Shown piece after piece: positions 26,531 through 38,600 of a stretch of 64,000 bases of DNA. This DNA comes from the human T2T-CHM13v2.0 reference genome, Homo sapiens, in NCBI RefSeq assembly GCF_009914755.1, contig NC_060934.1. One strand, written 5' to 3'. The translations under genes and the position numbers were made by a program. A model generated the notes under the pieces. It ran no database searches. It saw only the letters and a list, made by a program, of their open reading frames with translations, and was not told the DNA's origin. Numbering within the stretch: position 1 is the first letter of the stretch; each line of letters opens with the position of its first letter.

Positions 26531-27519
26531 CTGATTTTTTTAACTCTCCCTATTAGGTACTTACATAAATGTTTGTTTTGCTCCAAAAATTACATATCAC
26601 ATAAAGCCATTAATATAAGCTGTAACTCACTTTTAGAAATATAATGTGAATTTTCTTGATCATATTTGAACACTGTATTGGCTTTCCTAGGACTGAGAAG
26701 GAGGCCAGCTGGAATAGGTTCACTTTTAAGTGAAATAACATGAGTGAATCTTCATTAATTTTTTTTTCCTAAGTCTTCAGACAGGTTTAGAAGCTGGAAG
26801 TTAAGAGATACCACATAATCTGATATCATACTGGATTTCACTCTGGAGTTCCTGAGACTGGGGAATGAGACGAAGAATAAATAGCTTTGTAAATTCTATC
26901 CGTAATCAAAGCTGATTTGCTGCAGGATAATTTTTAGAAAAGCAAAACCTGGAGTCTTACCCCCGTCAGTCAAAAATAATATGATAAAGCAATTCTCTCT
27001 GATGGGATCCATGCTGGAAGAAATCCCAGATAATACAATGAAACATTTCCCGGAGCAGAGAGCTTGGTTCATTGTGCCAAACAATGGCTGGATCAGTGGC
27101 TATTATTGGAAAGCAGGCCTGCCAGCTTTGCTTTCTGGAGGCTGTCTGCTGAGAAAACAACTGCTGCTCAGTAATTAACTCCTCCCAAATGTCAGACAAG
27201 GAAGCAGCAACAGTGACCTCTTGTGCCACTCCCAGTCCCATTTCCCCATGTTCAAGCCGGTGTTTGCGTTTTCTAGGGCTATTACTAGACATATACGCAT
27301 TATTGCTGCTGGTCTCACAGGCCCTTCAAGTAGGCACCCTCCCAGTGTTCAGTTATTACTTTGAATGTGCCTTTACTGAAAAAAAATCCAAGCACTGAAT
27401 AGAGTGAATACTTACTATTTTATAAGCAATTTTAATAAAATTGGGAGTAATGAAGGTGGAATTGAAGAAAGGAAGAAAATAAGATTAAAGAAATGATGAA
27501 GAAAAACAGGATTTCATGT

Positions 27520-27765
27520 CCTTAGTGTAGCAATTTTAGGTGGTTAATCATACCGGATTTGAATTTAGAAACACTAGTGGAATCTTTCCTTTCCTCCTTC
27601 CTTGTATAATTAAGTTAAAGTCTCTACATCTTAGTTTATTCAGCTGTAAAACTGTGCCCAGTGCTGCTAGAATAATTAAATCAAAGAAAATGACATTATC
27701 TTTTTAGACTGATTATCATAATACCCAGCACAAAACAGATTCAATAAATAATTTATATTTACTAT
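27520..27765 (+). mobile_element. MIR fragment
   Basis: aagttaaagtctctacatcttagtttattcagctgtaaaa...agaataattaaat...atacccagcacaaaacagattcaataaata. Confidence 0.55.
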
Positions 27766-29293
27766 AATTGTGAACTAAAATTAACAAATATTATTACCAA
27801 TTATATGTAATATACCATGTTTCTTTTAGTAATAAATAGCAAAACAACAAGAAAAATTATTCCTACTATTACTACTACTTGGGTAATAATTAGGGTATAC
27901 TCTCTCCAAGGCATAGTTAACACTTCTGCCCCTAAACTACTATTTGCCTTATCAAGTATTTTTTTCCCAGTGGCGATGAAAATGCATTAAGATGTCATTC
28001 ATATAGTATTTTCTTTAAATTCTGCAACCTAATTTTTGGTCAGTTTACACTAGTTTTCAATATATTCTACTACATCCTTAGAGGTAAATTGACTACGAAA
28101 CAGATTTTCTTCAATTATCCACTGTGTAAGTCAGATGTAACTGATGGCTTAGTCAAAGAGAAAGCAGTAAATTGTCATTGATTAATTCTGTAAATAAGTG
28201 ATGAATCTATTATGTCTTAGGCATAATTTGTGTCTCCTTCACAGATAATCCTGCAGTTAGGTAAACTATAGAGGCTGCAAAATTAATAATTACAGAAAAA
28301 CAAGATAAATTAAGATAGACATATAAATGATAGATAGATGCAAGGATATTATATATAGATAGGTAGATAAACTGTGAAATCCCAGTGGGAATGATTGGCT
28401 ATTTAGAAATATAGAAAACATTTTACAATCTGCGATGTTTGAGACTGGAGGGGCTGGAAATGTTTACAAAGAAGAAGAAAGAGAATGATGATCAGAGGGG
28501 CAAATGTGAAAACATCAGAGCAGCATAAAAGAATCAAACGGATGAGGGCTTTATGAAATTCTTGGACTGAGCTTCTTAGTTTGCAAGTTCCATCACACAT
28601 CAAGTAACTATTAAGCTGTATCTGGGTCTCTCACTGAATGGAGGGGATTTGAGATGCAGTTGACTAGTTGGCATACAATTAATAATTTTTTAGAAATTTA
28701 GATAAATGTTGACTTTGATTTTTCCTTTTTAAAAAAACCTCTGTGGCCAATATTCTCTTGACATCTCCCATGTTTTTGTAGGTCTAGGTAAGTTAACAGG
28801 CCTTAGAAACTGTACCTAGAATGCTTGATAGACAAAAGCATGCCTGCATATGTGCAATAGAGTAGAGTGGGGAGTGTGGCTAGGTAGTGAACATAAAAGA
28901 AGTACCCTGAGAGAAATCTTAAAAGGAAGACTGGTTTCAAATTATGAATGGCACAATAAAGTATTTTTTAAAAGAAAAGCAAAGTATTAGGGAGATCAAA
29001 TTATATAAAGAATGGCTAAAGTATAAGGTAGAGGGATTAATAAAATGGAAAAAACATTGGAATACAAAAGAACACTTGAGAGGTTAACACAAAACTCTAA
29101 AAATATTTTATGATTTTTGCACTATTTCAATAGCTATGAAGACAAAAATATTAGAGAACCAGAATAATACGAGATGTTCCTGAAATTTTCAGTATTGTTT
29201 GAGAAAATTTCAGCCATATTTACTTTGGGAGTACACGTTGCTGCATACATCTCTCTAAGTTTCATTCCTGACAAAAGATTAATTCAACAATAA

Positions 29294-29294
<1 letters not shown>

Positions 29295-29331
<37 letters not shown>
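29295..29331. repeat. (CA)n microsatellite
   Basis: Direct inspection. Confidence 0.97.
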
Positions 29332-29333
<2 letters not shown>

Positions 29334-29631
29334 CAAACTGAACTGCAACTGTGTCTGTATAATTGAAAGAATAAACAAAACCACTAGTTACCCTGAAGCT
29401 GCAGGAGATTCATACATTATTATAAATGATGACCGTCATCTAACATATGCATCATTAATGAATAAACTAAATCTTATGAAAAACTAGTTTAGTTTGTAAA
29501 ACACATATAGGGTATATGTTAATACCACTATTTATATAATTCTTACCCAGCAGAAGATTAAAAATATTTATTAAGAATATAAATGCCTTCTACCAATTAT
29601 TATAAATCTGATAGGAATTAAAATTAATTTA

Positions 29632-29748
29632 CATTTATTCATTTATTCACATATTTGTTGAGCACTTATTGTTTGTTCCACATTTTCAAATCCTGGCAAT
29701 AAAAAAAAAGGGATAAAGATTCCTCTTTTCATGGACTTTATGCTGTAG
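29632..29748 (-). mobile_element. L2 3' end fragment
   Basis: atttattcatttattcacatatttgttgagcactta...ttcatggactttatgctgtag. Confidence 0.6.
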
Positions 29749-29806
29749 AAATAAAATATTTAGCATATTTTAAATATTTTAAATAAAATGTTTAGCATAT
29801 TTTAAA
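29749..29806. repeat. Short tandem duplication (32-bp period)
   Basis: aaataaaat(a/g)tttagcatattttaaa occurs at 29749 and 29781. Confidence 0.85.
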
Positions 29807-30814
29807 GGACTATATAAGTGAATTTTATTAGGATGCTTCTATGTTCCAAGTGTAGACTTTTCTAAAAGGTCTATGATAGTCAACTTTTACATTTAAAGGG
29901 AATAGACGAAGTCTGCTCTAAAATAGAAGGGGACTTATACTAGTAAAAATTCTATATATTTGGATTTATATATCTATCTATGTATTTTTTTCAACTTTAA
30001 ACAAAAGAGACTCAGTTATTCAAATAAACGATACATTTTACAGTATTTCCTTTTGTTTCTCACAAAAATGCTATAGTAAATTTTGGATATTAAATGATAT
30101 ACAAAGCATTTTTCAGGTTAAAATGTGTCTTTATAAGCAAGTGTTGGATTGCATCTTAACACACTTTTTAATCTCAGAAATCTCTTCAATTTCTGAATAC
30201 AAGTTAGCTCGGAAATATTTTTTTTAGGTTAGAGAAAACTGAATAAAATAAAAATCACATATTGAATGAAGAGTGGTCAAGTTTCTGTCCCACTTTGAAG
30301 TTAGCTCATTAGCTCATATATATATGCAGTCAAAAATAACCATGTCTTTGTGTGTGCATTTGTTCAAGACATGTAATAGGAAATATTGCACAGATATAAG
30401 AGTAAGATAATATTATAACAGTTTATTAGAAAAAATGTATTTCAGCATATTTTTATCCCTAATAATATATTTTAAAATAGGAAAAAGTTTTTTAAAATCC
30501 TAAATAATGAACAATGGCTTCACAGTATTTAATTTTAAAATCATAAAATTTTTTTCTTAACAATGTTATCTTGCCTCATTAAAAGTGTGCCTTTGTATTT
30601 AAGTATGCTTTGTCATTAAGAGGATAGAAAATAGGTTAAATTTAAAAAGCCAACTCAGAATGACGAAGAACCAAATACCACTATAGTATTAGGTGTGTAG
30701 GTTGGTATACTCATACATTACTGCTAAGTAGTAGTAGTACAACCCGATGAAGAGTAGTTCTTAATGTTCAAAATAAAAAATCCACGATTCATTTCACCCA
30801 TCAGTTCTATTTCT

Positions 30815-31690
30815 AGTGCCACTGAAATTTTGAAAGGAATTGCATTAAATTTGAATATTATTTTGAATTTGGATATCACATTGGGTAAGCATAGACATTA
30901 TAGTAGTATTAATTCTTCCATGAACACAGAATACGTTTTTACTTATTTATGTATTCTTCAATTTAATTCTCAATGCTTTACAGTTTTCAGTGTACAAATG
31001 TTTCATTCCCTTTGTTAAATGTATTAATAAATATTTTATTCTTTTTGATGCCATTATGAGATTGTTTTACTGATTTCATTTTAGATAGATAATTATTGGT
31101 GTAAAGAAATGCACCTGATTTTTATATGTTAATTTTGTGTCCTGTAACTTTACTGAATTCATATATTATTTCTAACAAGGGGTGTGTGTGTGTGTGTGTG
31201 TGTGTGTGTCTGTGTGTGTGTGTTGTGTATAGAGTCTTTAGGGTTTTCTACATATAAGATTATGTTATCTGCAAATAAGGATAGTTTTACTTCTTCCTTT
31301 CTGATTTAGTTGCCTTCTATTTATTTTTATTGTCTAATTGTTCTTGCTAGTATCTAGCACTATGTTCAGTAGAAGTGATAAAAATGGGCATGCTTGTTTT
31401 TTGTTTTGGATCTTAGAGGAAATGCTTTCCCATTGATTATGTTAGTTGTAAGATGTTTATAAATGGCCTTTATTAAGGTGAGGGAGTTTCCTTTTGTGCC
31501 TAATTTAACAAGAGACTTTATTATGAAATGATGTGAAACTTTATCAAATGCTCTTTGGCCCTTATTGAAATGATTATGTAGTTTTTTCATTCTGTTAATG
31601 TGGTGTATTACATTAATTTATTTGTGTATGTTACATAAACCTTGTATTCCAGAGATGAATCTCTTCTTGTTGCAATATGTTCTTTATATT
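30815..31690 (-). mobile_element. L1M (MA/MB) ORF2 fragment, with (TG)n at 31182-31223
   Basis: ggaattgcattaaatttg; cctgtaactttactgaattc; gagtctttagggttttctacatataagattatgttatctgcaaata; ggatcttagaggaaatgctttc. Confidence 0.85.
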
Positions 31691-33409
31691 TCAGAGTAGA
31701 AATCCTACAGACTGTCTACTGCCTTATAAACTATCAGAGCACTGCTAAAATAATCCTTTTTAATTTTTTCCTTGGTCATATAATAAACAGAAAATTGCCC
31801 AATATAGTCTATTTTAGGATCCATTGGAAAAAGTATTTGACATTCCAAATACTGAGATTTAAAACTAGAGGAGATAAAAGGACGTTTTACAATTGGACAC
31901 CTTTCTCCATTTCTGATTATGATAATCTCATTTCTCAAATTTCCACTTTTCTAAGTATGCTAAACAAGGGTCACCAATTGTATCTATTAACTAGCTATAG
32001 TAAATCACTAATTTTCAAGTTAGATCATATTAAGGGTTTGGATACCAGGATGAAATAAAATCAATGTCCTCATGAAGCATAATGTTGGAGCTGGAAGTTG
32101 GCCATGATTATCTTGTTTTCATATGTACTCTCAAAAGTACATATTTACCTTGACTAAAGGAAATAGAAATGACTTGTGTTTGGGATTTTGGCTTAACATC
32201 TCAATGGGAAGACTGAGGTACCCATTCATAAATAATCTGCTAATTTAATGAGTTGACTGAAAAATGTTATTAGGACATTTTGAGGTTGTTCCATGAAAAG
32301 TTTGTCTTAGCAATATCTATAAAGAGCCATATTTTTTTTTCTCAAATTTGCTTTTGTCGATAGCAAATTTCAAGTTTCAAAAACAGGCTCAACATTTCAC
32401 AGTTGGGAAAACCCACACTGTTAAAAGCTTTTAAGGCAAAAAAACAAACAAACAAGCAAACAAACAAACAAACAAAAAACTTGACATCTTGACTCCCAAA
32501 GAAAGACATATATAATATACAAAAAAGTAACACTAAAAAAGTAATTTCACTAGTTTTTCATTATAAATACTAAAATTAATAGGTTTTATGCAATATTTTC
32601 TATCCTTGTTCTTTCCCTTAGTAACATCCTCCACAACCCCAACAAAACAGAACAACAAGAAAATACCTACATTCTCCTGGTTATCGGAACTTAAGCTATT
32701 ATAGTTAGCCTCAATTCAGATGAATAAGCAATGATAACCATTGTAAGTAAGCCTTGCTATCCATCATATTCTCATGGAAGAGAATCTAATGTAAATGAAA
32801 GTGTTTTCATTTTTATTCAGGATGACTATGTAATTACATATGTCATCTATCACTTCTAGGATCCTCCTAAAATAAAATTATGATAGCACAAAAATGAATA
32901 AATTGACAACAGTGAAGAGAAGAAAATGGGGTTCAGGGCTAAGGGGTGGGTATCAGGGGAATCATCAAACTTGAGGAAAAAGAAAAGCATATGGAGCAAT
33001 TTGAAGGATAAAGTTGGCAGGAAAAGCTAAATTCAGAGTTTAACAGGAGGGCCTCGTAGAGGTGGGACTCAAGATCTTTTCTGAGGGCTTTGCTGCTGGG
33101 TTAAAGTTAACCCTGGCCACAGAGAATTAAAGGGACAGGTGAGGCTGAAAGCAATCAAAAGTTTACTTGAATTTCTGATATACAATTTCATATATAGACA
33201 TCTAAGCTAGTGTCTGTCACGTGATGTCACTACAGAACAAACAAAATTCCTATATTTTCTGAGATCTTCATTTGTGAGTTTAATAATGCCCTCTTGGATA
33301 AATAAAAAGAGGCTCAGTGGAGAAACATGTTGACACAGCATTGTGAAATTTTCTAACAGGGACTATAAAGACATATGAAAAGCAAAAGGGTGTCAGTAAA
33401 AGACTTTGT

Positions 33410-33650
33410 ATGTGTCAAGCCTAGCACTCATGCTGAGCTTTTGTATGGCCAATGAGCTAGGAATATTTTTTAATTGTTTAAAAAAATTTAAAAAACTGTA
33501 TTTGTGACATTTGGAAATTGTATCATATTCAAATTCATTCTCCATAAATAGCTTTATTGGCACATAGCCACTCTTTAATTTTCACATATTATCCATCGCT
33601 GTGTTAGCACTGAAACTACAGCAGCAGAGATTGAGATCCTGTGGCTCCCA
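33410..33650 (+). mobile_element. MER58-family hAT-Charlie element
   Basis: tttgtatggccaatgagctaggaat...tccataaatagctttattggcacatagccac...gagatcctgtggc. Confidence 0.65.
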
Positions 33651-33827
33651 AAATAAAAATTCACCAAATCATAGTGCAGCTATAAATAAAACTAAAATGA
33701 GAAAGACATTATAAGCAAAGAATAACCAAAAGGAAGAAAGAATTCTTTGGGACTGAAGGTAGGAAAATTTTACCTTTGAAGTGCTTAGGACTCAAAAGCA
33801 TCTAAATTATAAAAAAGGAAAAGTAAT
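33651..33827 (+). repeat. About 175-bp direct duplication, copy 1 (partner 34336-34511)
   Basis: aaaattcacc.aatcat.gtgca..tataaa.aaaactaaaatgagaaa...aattctttggga.tgaaggtaggaaaatt.tacctttgaagtgctt.ggactcaaa is present twice. Confidence 0.92.
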
Positions 33828-33859
33828 ATGTAAAATATAAAGCACAAATAATTACTATC

Positions 33860-34335
33860 TCCCTTTTTACAGAGGTATTTGCTCATGTGTATTCTATAAT
33901 ACAAAATGGCAAAACAAAATAATGCATAATAAAAGAAAAAATCTTTTATTTTAGCAGCCATAGTAGGGGATAGAAGACGAAATGCTCTTAAAGTTTTTAG
34001 GAATAAAAATTATTCATAAAGCTAGGATTCTTTAGCCAGAGAAATATCAAAATATAGGGTAGAATAAATACATTTTCAAACAGACAAGGACTCAGAAAAT
34101 TTATTTTCTGGGATCCATTTTTAAAGTCTTACTTGAGGATATATTCCAGCAAAATGAAGGGAAAAAAAAAACAAGTGAGATTGGATTTTGGAAACAGAAC
34201 CCACCCAGAACACAACAAGAAGAGAAGATTTAGGATTAGAGTTGTACTTCATGTTTAAATGCATCTTATTGTTTTTAACAAGAAATAATTTTATGCTTAA
34301 CCAGAAAAAAATGCAATTAGTATCTCAAGAAAAAA
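33860..34335 (+). mobile_element. Old L1M 5' region (end of ORF1)
   Basis: ctaggattctttagccag...aataaaatacattttcaaacagacaaggactcagaaaattta...acttgaggatatattccagcaaaatgaagg. Confidence 0.55.
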
Positions 34336-34511
34336 AATTAAAATTCACCTAATCATTGTGCATATATAAAGAAAACTAAAATGAGAAACAACTTTTAAGC
34401 AAAAAATGTCCAGTAGGAAAAGATAATTCTTTGGGATTGAAGGTAGGAAAATTCTACCTTTGAAGTGCTTTGGACTCAAAGCATCTAAATCATAACAAAA
34501 GGAAATGTAAT
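34336..34511 (+). repeat. About 175-bp direct duplication, copy 2
   Basis: See copy 1. Confidence 0.92.
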
Positions 34512-36104
34512 CATAGAACAGTACATGGTCAAGAAATAAATAAAGGGTATAACATCATAATAATAGTCATAATAATGAAAGTGACTTTTTTACTACTCTT
34601 CAACATTTATAGCCAACCTATGAACAAAGAATGTCTTGTTTTTATTTTTAGTGCAGAATGTAACTGTTAACAACATTAGAAATATGAAGCTTTTCTGAAA
34701 ATAAAAGTGCTGCTGATTGTGGGAAATTGGAGTTGGAGAGGAAAGTCAGGGCACTGATACTCTCATTCTCTATGGCATATAATTGGAATACTGCCTTATG
34801 TGCGTAGTGGGATCAAAATAATGTCTAAAATGTGGAAAATAGGGACAAAATTATACTCTAAAATAGGAACTGCAAACACCAGTGCCTAAGGCATATCAGT
34901 TAGTAAAAGAAAACAGCGAGTGTAAGAAAATGTATGCTGGACTGGTGCTATTGCAAGCAGCCGCCCACCAGATATTTAACTGTTTTTTAGCACATGATGG
35001 AGACCACACAGAACTCACAGGCAAGATGGGCCTCTAACTCTGGATGACATTTTGTAACTTCATATTTAAGGTTATGAAATAATCAAAAGAAGAGGTAAAT
35101 ATGACAATATAAGAATTTAATATTAGAAGAAAAAAGAAATGAAAGTCATAATAAAATCAGACTTTTATCTTTCATGGGAGAGATTTGACAAGTTCTCTTA
35201 TTGTTGATAAATTAAATAAGTATTTTTGAAATGTTGGAGGCAAACCTTAAAATAATTAAAGCAGAAGTTATTATAAAGTTTAGCCCTGTAGATGAGGAAG
35301 AGTTGGAGAATGCTGTTTTCCTCATGAATTCTTTTTATATATTCCTACTTTTGAAAACATTATAATATCTACGTATTATATTTGTTTTATAAGGTTGAAT
35401 TAAAAGTGTGACAAAATAGCAATTTTTTAAACACAGAAAAGTTTATGCAGAAACCTCATATATCTCTAAGTGGGTTTGTAAATTGAAGCCCAGCATAATA
35501 AACTTCCTATGATAATGAGATGGCAGACAATACAGCTGTAAGGCATGTGAACAAATGTGAGATGGCTAAGGTAGAAAGCGAAATGGGGAGGGAGGCCAGT
35601 TTGACGGAGCTGAAGTAGAAACTGTTGAAGGACCAATAATGAAATTTGCTCCTAGGACAACAAATAAATTTTCTATGTGGGATAATACCATGCTTAGTTG
35701 TAGATTGCACGGATTTTGATGACAGTAAGTAAGCAGGTGTCCATAGATCTTCCAGCATTACAAAACTCCACACAATAAGGTATCCCATGAAACCATCTAT
35801 TAAACAGCAATACTAGGTGATGTGAACTGTAACAGCAGTGAAAGAGAAACATCTGAGGAGAGATTGTTTGTATTTCTTTCCACAAGTCAATGTTAATAGT
35901 TACTGACTCAATGGAGAAAGAATTGCACTAATCAGATAGTAGCAGTTATCCATGGCTGTAAGACAGGAAAAAGGAGTGAAGATATTCTCACAATAGTGGT
36001 TTAAAGACCCAAAGTCACGTTCATTTAAAATGAGACTTTTGAAACTCTGGTGCCAACAGAAATGATTTTTTCTTTAGATTTTTTTCTAGAACGATCTGTA
36101 CACA

Positions 36105-36240
36105 CTACTATAGCACATACCCATTTCTTTCATATTATCTATAGTTGCTTTAGGGCTACAAGTGTTGGAGTTGACTACTTGGCAACATGATCACATTGGC
36201 CTGCAAAGATTAAAATGTATACTATAGTGCATTTTATTGG
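36105..36240 (+). mobile_element. MER58-family 3' fragment
   Basis: catattatctatagttgcttt...gagttgactact...tggcctgcaaagattaaaatgtatactat. Confidence 0.65.
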
Positions 36241-36314
36241 GGGAAAAGTGCAAAAAAATATGAACAGATAGTAAAAGACAAATTAGGAGATGAAACATGC
36301 TTCAATCTTAAAAC

Positions 36315-36780
36315 GGAGGTCAAAACAAATCTGGCCCCCTCCAGTTTTTGCATGGCTCATTAGCGAAAATTAATTTGCATTTAATAAGTTCAGCAAACAT
36401 TTAGTAATATTGTTAAACATTTATTTAACTCGAAAATCCGCTGGGTAGATAAGGGTTGACTGATCTAAACTGGGCTTGCATCCATCCCACATATTGCTTA
36501 TACTCCTCATAAGACAAAAACGTTAGCGTATGCATTTTCATTTCCTTCAAAAGAATATTTAATTACATGTGACAATTAAATGAAATTAAAATTTGTGTGT
36601 CAATAAAGTTTTACTGGAGAGCAGACATTTCCATTTGTTACATATTATCTATAGTTGCTTCGATACTATAAGCGTTGGAATTGAGTAGCTGGTAAAGCTC
36701 ATATGGTAAAGCTCATATGGCCTGCAAAGCTTAATGTACTTACTCTCTGACATTTTACAGAAGAGTTTGCAGACCCCTTC
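36315..36780 (+). mobile_element. MER58B-like element (interrupted at about 36390-36545)
   Basis: caaatctggcccc...gtttttgcatggc; caataaagttttactgga...tggcctgcaaagc...ttttacagaagagtttgcagacccc. Confidence 0.7.
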
Positions 36781-38359
36781 CCTAGGAGGTTGGCAAGAAT
36801 GAGAACTCTCAGTAAGCTGAATTTAGGGTTATGTTGACAGGATCAGTAGGTATTGCATTTTTTTTTCCTTCGTCTTCAGAGTAGTACCTGACATATAGTT
36901 GCCTTGTCTGCATTTAGGAGGGGGATGACACGCAGAGAAATCCCAAGGAATCACTTTCCTATTTTGCTTTGTCTTATTTTGTTTTTAGCTGTCTTAGACT
37001 GGAGCATGGGGAACAGGAAATATAACCCAAAGGTCCACCGATTAACATAAAAATTAATTATATTTTACCTATATTTTACATGTTATCTTTTGTCTTAACT
37101 TTTATTCAATAAAATGTATCAAATGTAACAATGGCTTAAGAGAAGAGGCCCATGTGAAAAATATTACACCAAATTCCACCTAATGATCAACTACAAATCA
37201 GTATTTACTATATGTCAAGCATGGGGCTAATTCCTAGGAATAATAACCAAGGAACTTACCACGTAGAAAAATGAAAGCCCAGAAGAAAAAGCATCAAGAA
37301 GATAAATTAAATGATTATCTGCTTTAAAATTACTTAAAATTAACAAACAGGACAAAAGACTGTTTGTGTAAAAATATAATAGGCTAGAAACTATTTATGG
37401 TAAATAGACAAAGTTTTTGAGCTAAAAATGAATTACAGAATGAAGGAAATTCTAAGACTGGCCTAAGATAGTTGCAAAGAGGAAGGGGGTCTAAACCCAA
37501 CTGATCTAAACATATGAAGTCAAAAGATATAAGATGCTGCCAAAAAGAAGTCAGAAAGCATTGAGTAGGATGTTTTAAAAGCAAGATGATTACTCACAGA
37601 ACCTTTTAAGATAAAACTCAGATAAGTCGAGGCAAGAAGATAAGACCATAAGATTTACATTAAGAATTAAAAAAATTAAATCAATTTAAAATTGGATATC
37701 TAATAAATTTTTTAAATGAGATAACCTGAAATATTTATAAATAATATTTTATTTTTAACAAAAGTAGAAAAATTGTTAAAATTATTTGCGTAAATTTTAA
37801 TATATTTATTCATATATATTTGTATATAAATTTACATATATTACATATGATTTTCATAATATGATAAATTTACATCATAGCTAAAAGAGAAAATCATTTC
37901 ATATAGCATACTAGATTTGAATCTATCTTCTACTAATAACATATCTGGAATTCAAATATTAAATATGGAATTTTATCAGGAGACTAAAATGATCTTCTGT
38001 GACTCACTGCTAGAGAAACTGATATGTTAATGAACATCATTTTATTAACATATTCCAAATTAATTAATACTTTCATCATTCTAAGAAGTTTAAAAAGAAG
38101 CATCTGTTTGATATTTACTAGAGATGATTTGGTAGATAACCTGCTTATGTGGTTCTTTTGTTGTGAATCATATTTTCCGACAAATATTCTAAACATTTCA
38201 CTTCAGAATATTTTATTGTTTTTATTATCACACAAAATTATTACTTGGGATTTATCTATTTTGTAGATTTTCTTCCTATATGCACAGTTGACAACAAGAT
38301 AAAAATGGTATTTCTATTAGCCCAGTCAATTAGCATATTTATAGCAGATTTTATAATGC

Positions 38360-38600
38360 CTTTATCGAGATATGATTCATTTTTCATAAAATTTCCTTTT
38401 AAAGTATGTAATTAAGTGGCTTTGAGTATATTTAGCCCAACCTTCAGCATTGTCAACTTTTAGACAATATGCATTACTCCAAAAACAACTCCATACACAT
38501 TAACAGTCACTCTCTATTCACCGCTACCCACAGCCCATAACAACCACCAATCTAAAAACTGTTTCTACAGATTTGCCTATTTTCTGGACGTTTTCAGATT
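38360..38600 (-). mobile_element. L1MB-like 3' end fragment
   Basis: tttatcgagatatgattca...ttttaaagtatgtaattaagtgg...cattaacagtcactc...caaccaccaatcta...gatttgcctatt. Confidence 0.75.

Noticed and set aside
31642-32058. Longest ORF in the track (138 aa)
   Set aside because: It starts at a non-ATG codon in the end of an L1 fragment, has AT-biased composition and shows no recognisable domain.
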